Assembly: GCA_903889915.1 (NCBI GenBank)
Contig: CAISZK010000230.1
Location: 1 to 61,855 of the forward strand
Length of the DNA stretch: 61,855 nucleotides
Direction of reading: 5' to 3'
DNA from: an uncultured Bacteroidota bacterium
GTDB lineage: Bacteria; Bacteroidota; Bacteroidia; Bacteroidales; CG2-30-32-10
Shown: positions 19,690 to 28,838 of the stretch, one piece after another
Numbering within the stretch: the stretch's first letter is position 1
Layout: each line of letters begins with the position of its first letter
Notes under the pieces: generated by a model
Database searches by the model: none
What the model was told of the DNA's origin: nothing
The model's input: the letters and a program-made list of their open reading frames with translations, nothing else
Made by a program: the position numbers and the translations under genes

Positions 19690-20240
19690 TTATTTTCAAT
19701 TTCTGAATTTTTTAATTCCATTTCAAATTTTAAAATCTAGCCTCATTATCATAAAACCGGATCCTGATAATTGAACTGAATTTTCAAATTGAAAGAATGT
19801 TTTAATCAATTTCTCTGATTTTTCAGCCAAAAATCCTCAATTTTCCCTTTTTTCATTGCCTCTAAAAACAAATTCCTTCAAAGCATCTAATACTGCTTCA
19901 TTTGTTAAGAACCTTGCAATTGGTTGTTGAATAGATAAATGCATTTGTTAAATTCATTGAAAGAGACCAAGTCCTCAGGGAATAGTCTCTTTCCCTTAAG
20001 GAATGGTCTCTTTCCTTCAAGGAATGGTCTCTTTTCCTTAGGGAATGGTTTCTTTCCCTCAAGGAATGGTCTCTTTCCCTCAAGGAATGGTCTCTTTCCC
20101 TCAAGGAATGGTCTCTTTTCCTTAGGGAATGGTTTCTTTCCCTCAAGGAATGGTTTCTTTCCCTTAGGGAATGGTCTCACTCCCTCAGAGAATGTACCTA
20201 TTCACAATGCTAATGTACACCATTCACTTTGGTAAAGTAA
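19690..20240. repeat. Copy A of an unclassified ~550-bp non-coding element (conserved flank plus a 21-bp dyad array)
   Basis: The reverse complement of 19714-19975 aligns with 49609-49870 at roughly 80% identity by eye. The distal boundary TTCACTTTGGTA (about 20223-20235) matches TACCAGAGTGAA (about 49304-49317). Confidence 0.8.
19977..20207. repeat. Tandem array A: 11 units of exactly 21 bp, each (A/G)GGAA-N8-TTCC(C/T)
   Basis: GGAAT recurs at 19979, 20000, 20021, 20042, 20063, 20084, 20105, 20126, 20147, 20168 and 20189. Confidence 0.95.
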
Positions 20241-20421
20241 CAATTCTTTAGCAGACAAAAAAATTATCTTTTGAAGCTTCAGCTTGCAAAAATGTGTATG
20301 ATACAAAATAAAATAATAAGGTTTGATTTACTATAATGTTATTGTGTAATCAAATTAATAAAGTTTTGTCCTGCGTCTCAATAAAAAAGTTTAGGACTTT
20401 TTCATGACCTTTTTGCAAAAT

Positions 20422-21324
20422 TTATATCCTTTCAAGCACGAATTCAGTTTTTTCCTCCAATGACAATTCTCCTTCAATCCAGATAATGTCAATTCCTTTC
20501 TTTTCCATCCTTCTGAACCATGTCATTTGTCGTTTTGAAAATTGATGTATGGCAATGTTCAATTTACGGAACATCTCTTCGTAGCTTAATTCCTTTAAAA
20601 GAAATTGTGTGATAAATTTATATTCGAGACCATAGGACTTAAGCCTGCTTGCCGGAACTCCGCCATCTATAAGGGCTTTCACCTCATCTATCATTCCATT
20701 TTCAAGCCTTTCTTTCAATCTTAAAGTGATCCTTTCCGTAACGGTGGCCCTTTTATAATTCATTCCAAAAACAAATGATTCAAATTCGGGAACACTTAAT
20801 TTTTTTACTGAATCTGACTTTGAATAATGTTCGATTTCTATAGCTCTTAATAACCGTTCGCGGTTAACAGTGTCGGTGGTATTGTGCAGGGGCTTCAATG
20901 CTGCAAGCAAATCTTTCAGTTCATCATCAGAATTACCTGAAAGTTTTTCTCTGATTTCAGCCATTTCGGGAACTTCTGAAAAAGCATATCCATTTAAGAC
21001 GGATTCAAGATACAGCCCCGTTCCTCCACATAAAATTGGTGTTTTATTTCTTGAAGAAATATCAGTGAATGCTGAAATAAACCACTTTTGAAAATCAAAC
21101 ACACTGAACTCTTCGCCTGCATTGGCAATATCAATAAGATGAAAAGGAATTTTTGTCCCGTTTACAATGTAGTCATCATAATCTTTTCCGGTACCAATAT
21201 TCATTTCCTTAAACACCTGTCGTGAATCAGCGCTGATGATTTCTCCGTTGGTTTTATTGGCAACATGTGCAGCAAGTTTTGTCTTGCCTGTTGCCGTGGG
21301 GCCGAGAATAGTGATAAGTTTCAT
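20422..21324 (-). CDS. miaA: tRNA dimethylallyltransferase
   Basis: MKLITILGPTATGKTKLA, ISADSRQVFKEMNIGTGK. Confidence 0.9.
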   Translation of the reverse strand: MKLITILGPTATGKTKLAAHVANKTNGEIISADSRQVFKEMNIGTGKDYDDYIVNGTKIPFHLIDIANAGEEFSVFDFQKWFISAFTDISSRNKTPILCGGTGLYLESVLNGYAFSEVPEMAEIREKLSGNSDDELKDLLAALKPLHNTTDTVNRERLLRAIEIEHYSKSDSVKKLSVPEFESFVFGMNYKRATVTERITLRLKERLENGMIDEVKALIDGGVPASRLKSYGLEYKFITQFLLKELSYEEMFRKLNIAIHQFSKRQMTWFRRMEKKGIDIIWIEGELSLEEKTEFVLERI

Positions 21325-22604
21325 ACCAATATAATTTTTTGCTGAAGTATTTCTTCAACCTTTACAAGATAGTTTCTGATTTCATCCATTGAACTTACCG
21401 GGCATTCTTTAAATGTAAGCGACTTCAAAAGTTGTGCATTGTTGAATTGATAAATTCCGGAAAACATTTGAATAATGTTGTCTGCTAAACATTGTTCATC
21501 ATTCAAACATTGTTTGGTCTGTTCGCTTTTGAGATATTGAAGGATCCGAAGCCCGTCAAGTTTTTCATGACATGCTCTCACAAAATGCGCTGCATCTTTA
21601 TTGTTTTCCCGAAGAGCCTGCCAGATATTATCCGATCTGAATTGACTCTTCATAAAATTATCCAACGGTACCGGCACTTCTTCTTTGAATAAAGTTGAAA
21701 AGCCATCATAAGATTTTTTGATGTCATTGAACAATCCATGATGATAGATAGGATAACTTTCCCAATCGCCTTTATTCCCTTTGATCATGGCAGGTCCGGT
21801 TCCAAAGAAAACCCTGTCTGAAAAACGTGTTGCCGGATGAACCTTCTCTTCATTGCAGACCCTGATATTGCCATATTTTCTTAATTTCTGAAGAAAATAG
21901 AAATCCTCGCCACTTAACTTAGGTGTCATTCCACCTATTGCTTTATGCGAACCAACAGGCAGTGCAATGGCGCTTCCCAACGCTGTAAATGCATAAGGAG
22001 ATTGAATCAACAACATATTGATTGCATAATTGCGCATATAGATCTCATACCTTAAAATGGCTTTATCTTCTGCATCATGTCCGGTCAGTTTATGGTAATA
22101 GGGATTTGAAAGTGCGACAGCAGTTGGTGATTCAATAAAGCAATCAATAATTGATTTGAAATATTCTTTGCTGAATATTGTGTCAGCATCCAGGCTTAAA
22201 ATAATGTCAGTATCATTTGCATTTTTTGCAATATGATCCATAGCCGTCTTCCTCGCCCAGCCAACACCTTTTTTATTTCCCTGCCATCCCTGTCCTTTAG
22301 AGCTTTTATCAATTATGGTGTAATTTCCCTTGTTTTTTTCTGAAAGAAATTCAATCGTTTTTTTATTTCTTTCGCACACTTCCTTCTTTGCAGAAATTTC
22401 CCACCACTCGTCAGGCTGGTTCACACAAATGACCACATGATAATCATTGTAAGATTGGCTTTCGATGCAATCAATACACAACGGAAGAAATTCAACTTCA
22501 TCCATTACGGGCAGTGCAACATGTATCTTTTGAGGCCGCGTTTTCATTTCATCAAAAGTATAAAATTTGTTAATGAGAAAGGAACAATTATTGCAGTGAC
22601 ACAT
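21321..22604 (-). CDS. Family 2 glycosyltransferase
   Basis: LSLDADT with an N-terminal Rossmann-like segment VALPVMDEVEFL. Its stop overlaps the miaA start by 4 bp. An alternative start at 22547 (MKTRPQK) is plausible. Confidence 0.7.
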   Translation of the reverse strand: MCHCNNCSFLINKFYTFDEMKTRPQKIHVALPVMDEVEFLPLCIDCIESQSYNDYHVVICVNQPDEWWEISAKKEVCERNKKTIEFLSEKNKGNYTIIDKSSKGQGWQGNKKGVGWARKTAMDHIAKNANDTDIILSLDADTIFSKEYFKSIIDCFIESPTAVALSNPYYHKLTGHDAEDKAILRYEIYMRNYAINMLLIQSPYAFTALGSAIALPVGSHKAIGGMTPKLSGEDFYFLQKLRKYGNIRVCNEEKVHPATRFSDRVFFGTGPAMIKGNKGDWESYPIYHHGLFNDIKKSYDGFSTLFKEEVPVPLDNFMKSQFRSDNIWQALRENNKDAAHFVRACHEKLDGLRILQYLKSEQTKQCLNDEQCLADNIIQMFSGIYQFNNAQLLKSLTFKECPVSSMDEIRNYLVKVEEILQQKIILV

Positions 22605-22642
22605 AAAAAATCACTAATTTTACAATCTGAAAAAAATAAATT

Positions 22643-23347
22643 ATGAAAACAGTTCGTCTTTTATCCGGACTCCTGATCGCAGTGAGTCTTACAACATGCA
22701 CCGTTCAGGATCTCAGCAAAGCTTTAAATACTGTGAATTCAGGTACACTCACCAATTCTGAAATTATTCAGGGTTTAAAGGAAGCATTGAATGTTGGAAC
22801 CAATAATTCCGTTGCGAGCAGTTCAAAAGTGGATGGGTTTTTTAAAAATCCAACAATTAAAATACCATGGCCAGCTGATGCAGTAGCCGCTGAGACTAAA
22901 CTTCGTGCTTTGGGAATGGGTACACAGGTTGATAAAGTGGTGGAAACATTGAACAGGGGCGCTGAAGAAGCAGCAAAATCTGCAGCACCTATTTTCTTAA
23001 AAGCCATAACAAATCTCACCATTTCGGATGGTCTTACCATTCTTAAAGGAGCAAACAATGCGGCAACAGAATATCTGAAAACAAACACTTCATCAGCATT
23101 GAAAACAGCTTTTTTGCCAACTGTAAAAACTGCATTGGATAAAGTTGAAATAACAAAATACTGGACTCCGCTTACCACAACTTACAATAAAATTCCATTG
23201 GTGACGCCTATCAATACCGATCTGAATAATTACGTTACAGGCAAAGCAATTGATGGCTTATTTACCCTGATTGCAGCTGAGGAATTAAAGATAAGGACTG
23301 ATCCTGCTGCAAGAATCAGTGATATTCTGAAAAAAGTTTTCAAATAG
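22643..23347 (+). CDS. Lipoprotein, probably the DUF4197 family
   Basis: Lipobox LTTCTVQ. The GLKEALNVGTNNSV...FFKNPTIKIPWP pattern recalls DUF4197. This is from memory only. Confidence 0.55.
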   Translation: MKTVRLLSGLLIAVSLTTCTVQDLSKALNTVNSGTLTNSEIIQGLKEALNVGTNNSVASSSKVDGFFKNPTIKIPWPADAVAAETKLRALGMGTQVDKVVETLNRGAEEAAKSAAPIFLKAITNLTISDGLTILKGANNAATEYLKTNTSSALKTAFLPTVKTALDKVEITKYWTPLTTTYNKIPLVTPINTDLNNYVTGKAIDGLFTLIAAEELKIRTDPAARISDILKKVFK

Positions 23348-23353
23348 AAATTG

Positions 23354-24100
23354 TCAAAGCTTTGAAATTGCAAGGAGTAAAAGCTTAGTGACATTCTCTA
23401 CATTTTTCTGAAAAACTTTAAGAACCTCTTCCCAGGTAACCGGTTCTTCATCTGTTTTCCAGCAATCATAATCCGTGCTCAAAGCTACGGCTGCGTAAGG
23501 AATTCCTGCTTCATTGGCCAGAATTGCTTCAGGCGCTGTTGACATATTAATGATATCAGCGCCCCATAAGCGAAACATATTTGATTCGGCACGTGTGGAG
23601 AAACGCGGACCTTCAATGGTTACAATTGTTCCTTTCGGATGGTAATTAAAGTTCAAAGTTTTTGCACAATCTGTAAATATTTTTCTCAGCTCTTTGTTGA
23701 ATGGGTCGGCCATTGGTGCATGTGCCGGGTTTCCTTCTTCAAACTCTTCGTGAAAAGTGACAGCCCTGTGCCTTGTGAAATCAATAAATTGATCAGGAAT
23801 GACCATGTCGCCTCGTTTAATTTCTTCCCTTAGACTTCCACAGGCTGTAGTTGCTAGAATGTGTGTGCAGCCTGATTGTTTCAGTGCAAGAATGTTTGCA
23901 CGATTGTTCACATTCGTGGGTGTAATTGTATGACTGCGGCCATGTCTTGAAATGATCATGACTTCTTTACTGTCGAGCAAACCACTGAAAAGAGTTGAAC
24001 TGGGATCGCCATATTTTGTTGAAACTGCAACCTCTTTTTTATTGGTGAACAAGTCAAGATTTTCTAATCCTGAACCTCCGATGATTCCTATTTTTGTCAT
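23354..24100 (-). CDS. mtnP: S-methyl-5'-thioadenosine phosphorylase
   Basis: MTKIGIIGGSGL, ISRHGRSH, INMSTAPE. Confidence 0.85.
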   Translation of the reverse strand: MTKIGIIGGSGLENLDLFTNKKEVAVSTKYGDPSSTLFSGLLDSKEVMIISRHGRSHTITPTNVNNRANILALKQSGCTHILATTACGSLREEIKRGDMVIPDQFIDFTRHRAVTFHEEFEEGNPAHAPMADPFNKELRKIFTDCAKTLNFNYHPKGTIVTIEGPRFSTRAESNMFRLWGADIINMSTAPEAILANEAGIPYAAVALSTDYDCWKTDEEPVTWEEVLKVFQKNVENVTKLLLLAISKL

Positions 24101-24205
24101 AAGCTGAAATTTGGATTGTCAAACTTAATAAGTTTTTTGGAAATAAAGTGTGGCGATTGCCAAAAGTTTAAAATCATTTGTAATTTTATACCCTAAATAA
24201 ATTTT

Positions 24206-24619
24206 ATGAAAAGTTACAGAAAAGAACTTTGGTTCAATACCGATAAGCGTTACCAGTTTGTTCATATTACGCATCAGGTGGAAGAGGCAGTAAAGGCCAG
24301 CGGTGTGAAAGAAGGTTTGTGCCTTGTCAATGCAATGCATATTACAGCCAGTGTTTTCATCAACGATAATGAATCAGGATTGCATCGCGATTACATGGAG
24401 TGGCTGGAAAAACTTGCGCCGTATAGCCGTGATGGATATCATCATAATGTTGGCGAAGATAATGGTGATGCTCATTTGAAGAGACAGATCATGGGGCGCG
24501 AAGTTGTGGTGGCAATTACCAATGGTAGCCTTGATCTGGGACCATGGGAAACTATTTTTTATGGAGAGTTCGATGGTCAAAGAAGAAAACGAGTGCTCGT
24601 AAAAATTATTGGTGAATGA
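24206..24619 (+). CDS. YjbQ/UPF0047-family protein (secondary thiamine-phosphate synthase-like)
   Basis: 137 aa. The segment [36 protein letters not shown] is typical of the family. Confidence 0.75.
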   Translation: MKSYRKELWFNTDKRYQFVHITHQVEEAVKASGVKEGLCLVNAMHITASVFINDNESGLHRDYMEWLEKLAPYSRDGYHHNVGEDNGDAHLKRQIMGREVVVAITNGSLDLGPWETIFYGEFDGQRRKRVLVKIIGE

Positions 24620-24654
24620 TAGAATGCTATTCTGATGAATTAAATTTTTAAAAA

Positions 24655-24849
24655 ATGAAAAGCTGTTTAATTGAAGAAAACAAAAAGAACTGCAATTGCT
24701 CTTATCCATGTTCCAGGAAGGGCTTATGTTGCGAATGCATAACTTATCACAGGAAGAACGGTGAATTACCGGCCTGTTATTTCAACAAGCAATATGAAGT
24801 GGGTTATGATCGCTCGGTTGAAAATTATTTGAGAATGGTAGGAAAGTGA
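24655..24849 (+). CDS. Small Cys-rich protein (8 Cys in 64 aa; resembles DUF6485)
   Basis: [31 protein letters not shown]. Confidence 0.55.
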   Translation: MKSCLIEENKKNCNCSYPCSRKGLCCECITYHRKNGELPACYFNKQYEVGYDRSVENYLRMVGK

Positions 24850-24851
24850 GA

Positions 24852-25166
24852 CTAATCAATTACATCAACTATTTTATCAGGGCTCTGAGCAGTGTGAAAA
24901 ATATCAATAATGATAATTTCTTTTCGGGTAATTTCGAAAACAATTTTATAATTCCACTTGCTTACAAATCTAAAATTTCCCTTATTTTTTGGGATGTATG
25001 GATCAACAGGAAATTTCTCTGGAAAATCATTTAATGTACCAACAAGTGAAACCAATGTATTCTTAACTGTTTTTGCATTTAATGGTGAATCCTGTTCAAT
25101 ATAATTTATAATTGCATCAAGGCTTTGTTTTGCATACAGAGACTACTTGATTTGCAGTTTATTCAT
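24852..25166 (-). pseudogene. ParE/RelE-family type II toxin with an in-frame TAG at codon 8
   Basis: The ATG at 25166-25164 overlaps the antitoxin stop (ATGAATAA). The translation is MNKLQIK*SLYAKQSLDAIINYIEQDSPLNAKTV...NYKIVFEITRKEIIIIDIFHTAQS. The TAG is at 25145-25143. The ORF track only reports the remnant from a TTG at 25055. Confidence 0.7.
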
Positions 25167-25428
25167 TATCCAACTCTTTTAAAACATCATCATGAGAAAT
25201 AAAATTTCCTTTTTTGACTTCTTTGCTGATATTTTCAATGTGCTGAATGTATTGTTTCTTTGAAAGAGGTTTTCCTTTTGAAGTAAAAGATATCGCTTTA
25301 CTGTTTAAACTATTTAATAAACGACTTAAGAAACTTTCCTTTTCTGTTTCGGACAAACTTAAAAAAGCTGAGTAAAATAATTCTGCAGAAAGCTTTGTAC
25401 TGTCTAATTTTAAATGTTGTGTTGCCAT
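25159..25428 (-). CDS. Putative type II antitoxin
   Basis: An 89-aa acidic or helical protein directly upstream of the toxin frame and overlapping it. Confidence 0.55.
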   Translation of the reverse strand: MATQHLKLDSTKLSAELFYSAFLSLSETEKESFLSRLLNSLNSKAISFTSKGKPLSKKQYIQHIENISKEVKKGNFISHDDVLKELDNE

Positions 25429-25493
25429 ATTTTTACTTCACTAAAGAGAAATAACGTTGATTAAACATCATGAAATTTTATTGTCAATGACTA

Positions 25494-27104
25494 TTATTCA
25501 ATTTTTTTCTGCTTAAAAGTCTTGTCATTTATAGCATTGATGGCTTGTTTATAGACATCATCAATTTCTGCTGAAATTACAAAGTAAGTATTCATATCAA
25601 ACATGTTTCTACCAAGCAGCGCCTTGATTTGATTGAGTACATATTCCTTTGAAAGCTCCAATCCTGGCTTGTCTAGTTTAACTCCTTCTTTGATCGCATA
25701 AGCAACAAAAGTGTTCAATAGTGTAGTGTCAACTTTGAAATTGGTGACGAACGAGGTAATGCTTGGATATTTTGCTTTCAGGCTATCACGTGACCTGTCG
25801 AGAAGCTGTAATGAAAAAGAGTTGATCAATCCTTTTCTCTGGAGGTTTATGTAGTAATCCGAAATTTTAGAAGTATCAGCGGGTATAAAAATATCAGGCA
25901 TTATGCCACCTCCACCATAAACCAAACGCTTTTTACTGGTATAGAATTTTAAAGAATCAGGAAAATGAATGCTGTCGGCATGGAAAGATTCTCCGTGTTT
26001 GTATCGCTTGGTGAGGTCTTCAAAATATTTGTCGGTTCCTTCGTTGTATGGCTTTTGAATGCACCTTCCTGATGGCGTGTAATAATGTGCGGTTGTAAGC
26101 CTGATCACTGAACCGTCAGGCAAAGTGAAAGGACGTTGAACAAGTCCTTTTCCAAAAGTTCTTCTGCCCATGATGAGACCGCGGTCAAGGTCCTGAATGG
26201 CGCCGGAGACTATTTCACTTGCCGAAGCTGAACCTTCATCAACCAAAATAACAAGCTTCCCTTTTTCAAACATGCCTTTATCCGTGGAGAAAGATTGTTG
26301 TCTCGAACTGTGTATCCCTTTTGTGAAAACTATTAGTTTGTCTTTGCTCAGAAACTCATCTGCCAGATCAATTGCTGTGTTCAGATATCCGCCGCCATTG
26401 CCACGAAGATCAAGGATCATATTTTTCATTCCTGAAGCCTCCAGTGTTTTTACAGATGCTTCAAACTCTTCAATGGAAGTTGCTCCAAAACGGTTAAGTT
26501 TGATATAGCCGATATCTGATGAAGCCATAAATGTTGCGTCAATGCTGTTGATAGGAATCTTATCGCGGGTAATAGTGTAATCAATCAAATCCTTTTTCCC
26601 TCTTCGTTTGATGCTGACTTTAACCGTTGTTCCTTTATCTCCACGGAGTCTTTTTACAACAAAATTATTGGTAACCTTACTGCCAGTTGCATCTTCGTCA
26701 TTTATCTTAACAATTTTATCGCCTGCCATGATGCCAAGTTTTTCAGAAGGACCACCTGGTGTCGGCGATACAACCAATATAGTATCTTTAATAATGCTGA
26801 ATTGAACACCTATTCCTTCAAAGTTTCCCTGCAAAGGTTCATTGGCTTCTTTCATTTCTGCTTTGGTGAGGAATACTGAATGTGGGTCCAGTTCTTTCAG
26901 CATTTCGGTGATGGCGCTTTCAACAAGTTTGTTGGAGTTTACTGTGTCAACATAATACTCATTGATGACATCAAGTGCAGCTTCGATCTTAGCTTTGGAC
27001 TGTTCAATATTGCCCTGAATTACTTGTGCTGTTGTGCAAAAAGGAATTGCAAAAATTAATACACTGATGCAAATTATGAGTTTGTTGTTAAATAAGTTCT
27101 TCAT
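25494..27104 (-). CDS. S41-family C-terminal processing peptidase with a PDZ domain
   Basis: GIGVQF, GGPSEKLGIMAGDKIVKIND (PDZ), DLRGNGGGYL, LVDEGSASASEI. Confidence 0.9.
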   Translation of the reverse strand: MKNLFNNKLIICISVLIFAIPFCTTAQVIQGNIEQSKAKIEAALDVINEYYVDTVNSNKLVESAITEMLKELDPHSVFLTKAEMKEANEPLQGNFEGIGVQFSIIKDTILVVSPTPGGPSEKLGIMAGDKIVKINDEDATGSKVTNNFVVKRLRGDKGTTVKVSIKRRGKKDLIDYTITRDKIPINSIDATFMASSDIGYIKLNRFGATSIEEFEASVKTLEASGMKNMILDLRGNGGGYLNTAIDLADEFLSKDKLIVFTKGIHSSRQQSFSTDKGMFEKGKLVILVDEGSASASEIVSGAIQDLDRGLIMGRRTFGKGLVQRPFTLPDGSVIRLTTAHYYTPSGRCIQKPYNEGTDKYFEDLTKRYKHGESFHADSIHFPDSLKFYTSKKRLVYGGGGIMPDIFIPADTSKISDYYINLQRKGLINSFSLQLLDRSRDSLKAKYPSITSFVTNFKVDTTLLNTFVAYAIKEGVKLDKPGLELSKEYVLNQIKALLGRNMFDMNTYFVISAEIDDVYKQAINAINDKTFKQKKIE

Positions 27105-27293
27105 AGTTATTCTTTTGATTGTGTTGAATAATTCAAATACATGACGCGCAAAAGTACTTTTATTTAAAGGATTAAAAGTAATATTTTCGTTAAAAAAGTT
27201 TAATTTCTTTATCTTGCAAAGTGTTTGATTTCTTTTTAAGTAAAGAGTTTAACCTGAAAGGATTTTTTTTTCTTGGACTGAGAAATATTTTTT

Positions 27294-27301
27294 TATATTT
27301 G
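27294..27301 (+). promoter_or_regulatory. -7 box TATATTTG, 31 bp upstream of ATG 27332
   Basis: Exact TAnnTTTG match. Confidence 0.4.
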
Positions 27302-27331
27302 CACAGGCTTAACCGTTAAATCCTTTTAATT

Positions 27332-28618
27332 ATGAAGAAAATGAAAATTATTTCCTTATTAATTGCATTCACTGTTTTTACAATTACTGTAAAATCACAA
27401 ATCACAAATCCTCTGAACACCGCTAAAGACAAGAGTTCTGACAGGGTAAATGACAAAGTTGATCAGGGTATAGACAAGGGTCTTGACAAAGTTGAAGGTG
27501 TTTTCAAGAAGAAAGATAAAACCAAAACTGACAAGACTTCAAAAGATACCGCAACATCAAAGAGCGGTAGCTCAACAAGTACTACCAGTACTTCAGCAAC
27601 TCCAACATTAGAGACTTATTCAAAGTATGATTTTATTCCCGGAAGTTCTATTCTGTTTTATGATGATTTCTCTCAGGATGCAATTGGCGATTTCCCGGCT
27701 CTATGGAATACCAATGGCTCAGCCGAAGTTGTCACTACAAATTTATATCCGGGGCGTTGGTTGAAATTTTTAATGACAAATTCAGCTTTATGGACTGATA
27801 GTTTGCTGAAACTTCCCGAAAATTACACTATTGAATATGATGCAATACCAATTAAGGATAATCAAAATAACATGGCAGGATATGATTTCCGTTTAATACA
27901 GTCTCAAAATACCAGAGCGTATGATTGGGGAGCTATTCCAGGAAAAGCTGGTTTATTGTACACTATTGAGTATTATGGCAAGCCTACTTATCGTACGTAT
28001 ATGAATATGGAAGGTGGTGATGGCCTTGGTTTAGATGGTGGTAATGATGACAAAGCTGATTATCAAAAATTAGATCAAAAGTATCACGTTGCTATTTGGG
28101 TGCAAAAATCAAGAGTTCGCATTTACCAGGATCAAAATAAAGTATTTGATTTGCCTAAAGCTTTTTCTCTTTCAGGAATTAAGATGGATCGTATTCGTTT
28201 TGAAGAAGGAGGTGCTATGATAAGCAATATCCGCATTGCTGTTGGCCTTCCCGATACACGCAGCAAACTTATTACTGATGGTAAACTTGTATCCTATGGT
28301 TGCTACTTTGATTCAGGTTCATCAATATTAAAACCTGAATCCTACGGTACACTTAAAGATATTGCTGCAGTACTTAAAGATAATCCAACAGTAAAAATAA
28401 AGATCGTCGGTTATACTGATAGTGACGGTGATGATGCAACAAATATTACCCTTTCAAAGAACCGTGCTCTTGCTGTCAAAGATGCATTGAATAAAACTTT
28501 TGGAATTGACAATTCAATGATGGATACCGATGGAAAAGGCAAAGCTGATCCTGTGTCAACAAATGCTACTTCAGCAGGCAAAGCAATGAACAGACGCGTA
28601 GAATTTATTAAGATGTAA
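27332..28618 (+). CDS. OmpA-family protein (C-terminal peptidoglycan-binding OmpA domain)
   Basis: GYTDSDGDDATNITLSKNRALAVKDAL...NRRVEFIKM, with a signal peptide and a Lys/Asp/Thr-rich linker. Confidence 0.85.
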   Translation: MKKMKIISLLIAFTVFTITVKSQITNPLNTAKDKSSDRVNDKVDQGIDKGLDKVEGVFKKKDKTKTDKTSKDTATSKSGSSTSTTSTSATPTLETYSKYDFIPGSSILFYDDFSQDAIGDFPALWNTNGSAEVVTTNLYPGRWLKFLMTNSALWTDSLLKLPENYTIEYDAIPIKDNQNNMAGYDFRLIQSQNTRAYDWGAIPGKAGLLYTIEYYGKPTYRTYMNMEGGDGLGLDGGNDDKADYQKLDQKYHVAIWVQKSRVRIYQDQNKVFDLPKAFSLSGIKMDRIRFEEGGAMISNIRIAVGLPDTRSKLITDGKLVSYGCYFDSGSSILKPESYGTLKDIAAVLKDNPTVKIKIVGYTDSDGDDATNITLSKNRALAVKDALNKTFGIDNSMMDTDGKGKADPVSTNATSAGKAMNRRVEFIKM

Positions 28619-28636
28619 TTCGAAAACCACTTCATT

Positions 28637-28672
28637 AACGCCTTCCTTGATTTTCAGGAGGGCGTTTTTTTT
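28637..28672 (+). terminator. Intrinsic terminator
   Basis: AACGCCTTCCT-tgattttc-AGGAGGGCGTT followed by T8. Confidence 0.7.
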
Positions 28673-28813
28673 GTTCAAAATTTCAGAAACAACCAGGGCA
28701 ATCCAAATTCTTTTGTTTCTTTTCCCTTTAATAATTCTATTGTCCTGCCACATCAATTTCTTTCCTGCTGTTAAAGTAAAGTTAATTAAACTGACAACCG
28801 GAAGTTGTGGTTT

Positions 28814-28821
28814 TACTTTTG
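28814..28821 (+). promoter_or_regulatory. -7 box TACTTTTG, 18 bp upstream of ATG 28839
   Basis: Exact TAnnTTTG match inside the 64-codon 5' extension of ORF 28647. This supports 28839 as the start. Confidence 0.35.
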
Positions 28822-28838
28822 TGGGTATTCCGGGTCAA

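Noticed and set aside
19898-20235. Three overlapping ORFs (82, 91 and 98 aa) encoding heptad peptides such as RERDHSL or GLFPSRN across array A
   Set aside because: They exist only because the 21-bp unit has no stop codon in several frames on both strands. The repeat-encoded peptide is completely different in copy B. Conservation between the copies continues well past the stop codons.
28647-28838. A 64-codon N-terminal extension of the msrBA ORF
   Set aside because: It overlaps the OmpA-gene terminator and contains a TAnnTTTG box at 28814-28821. The internal Met gives a clean lipoprotein signal.
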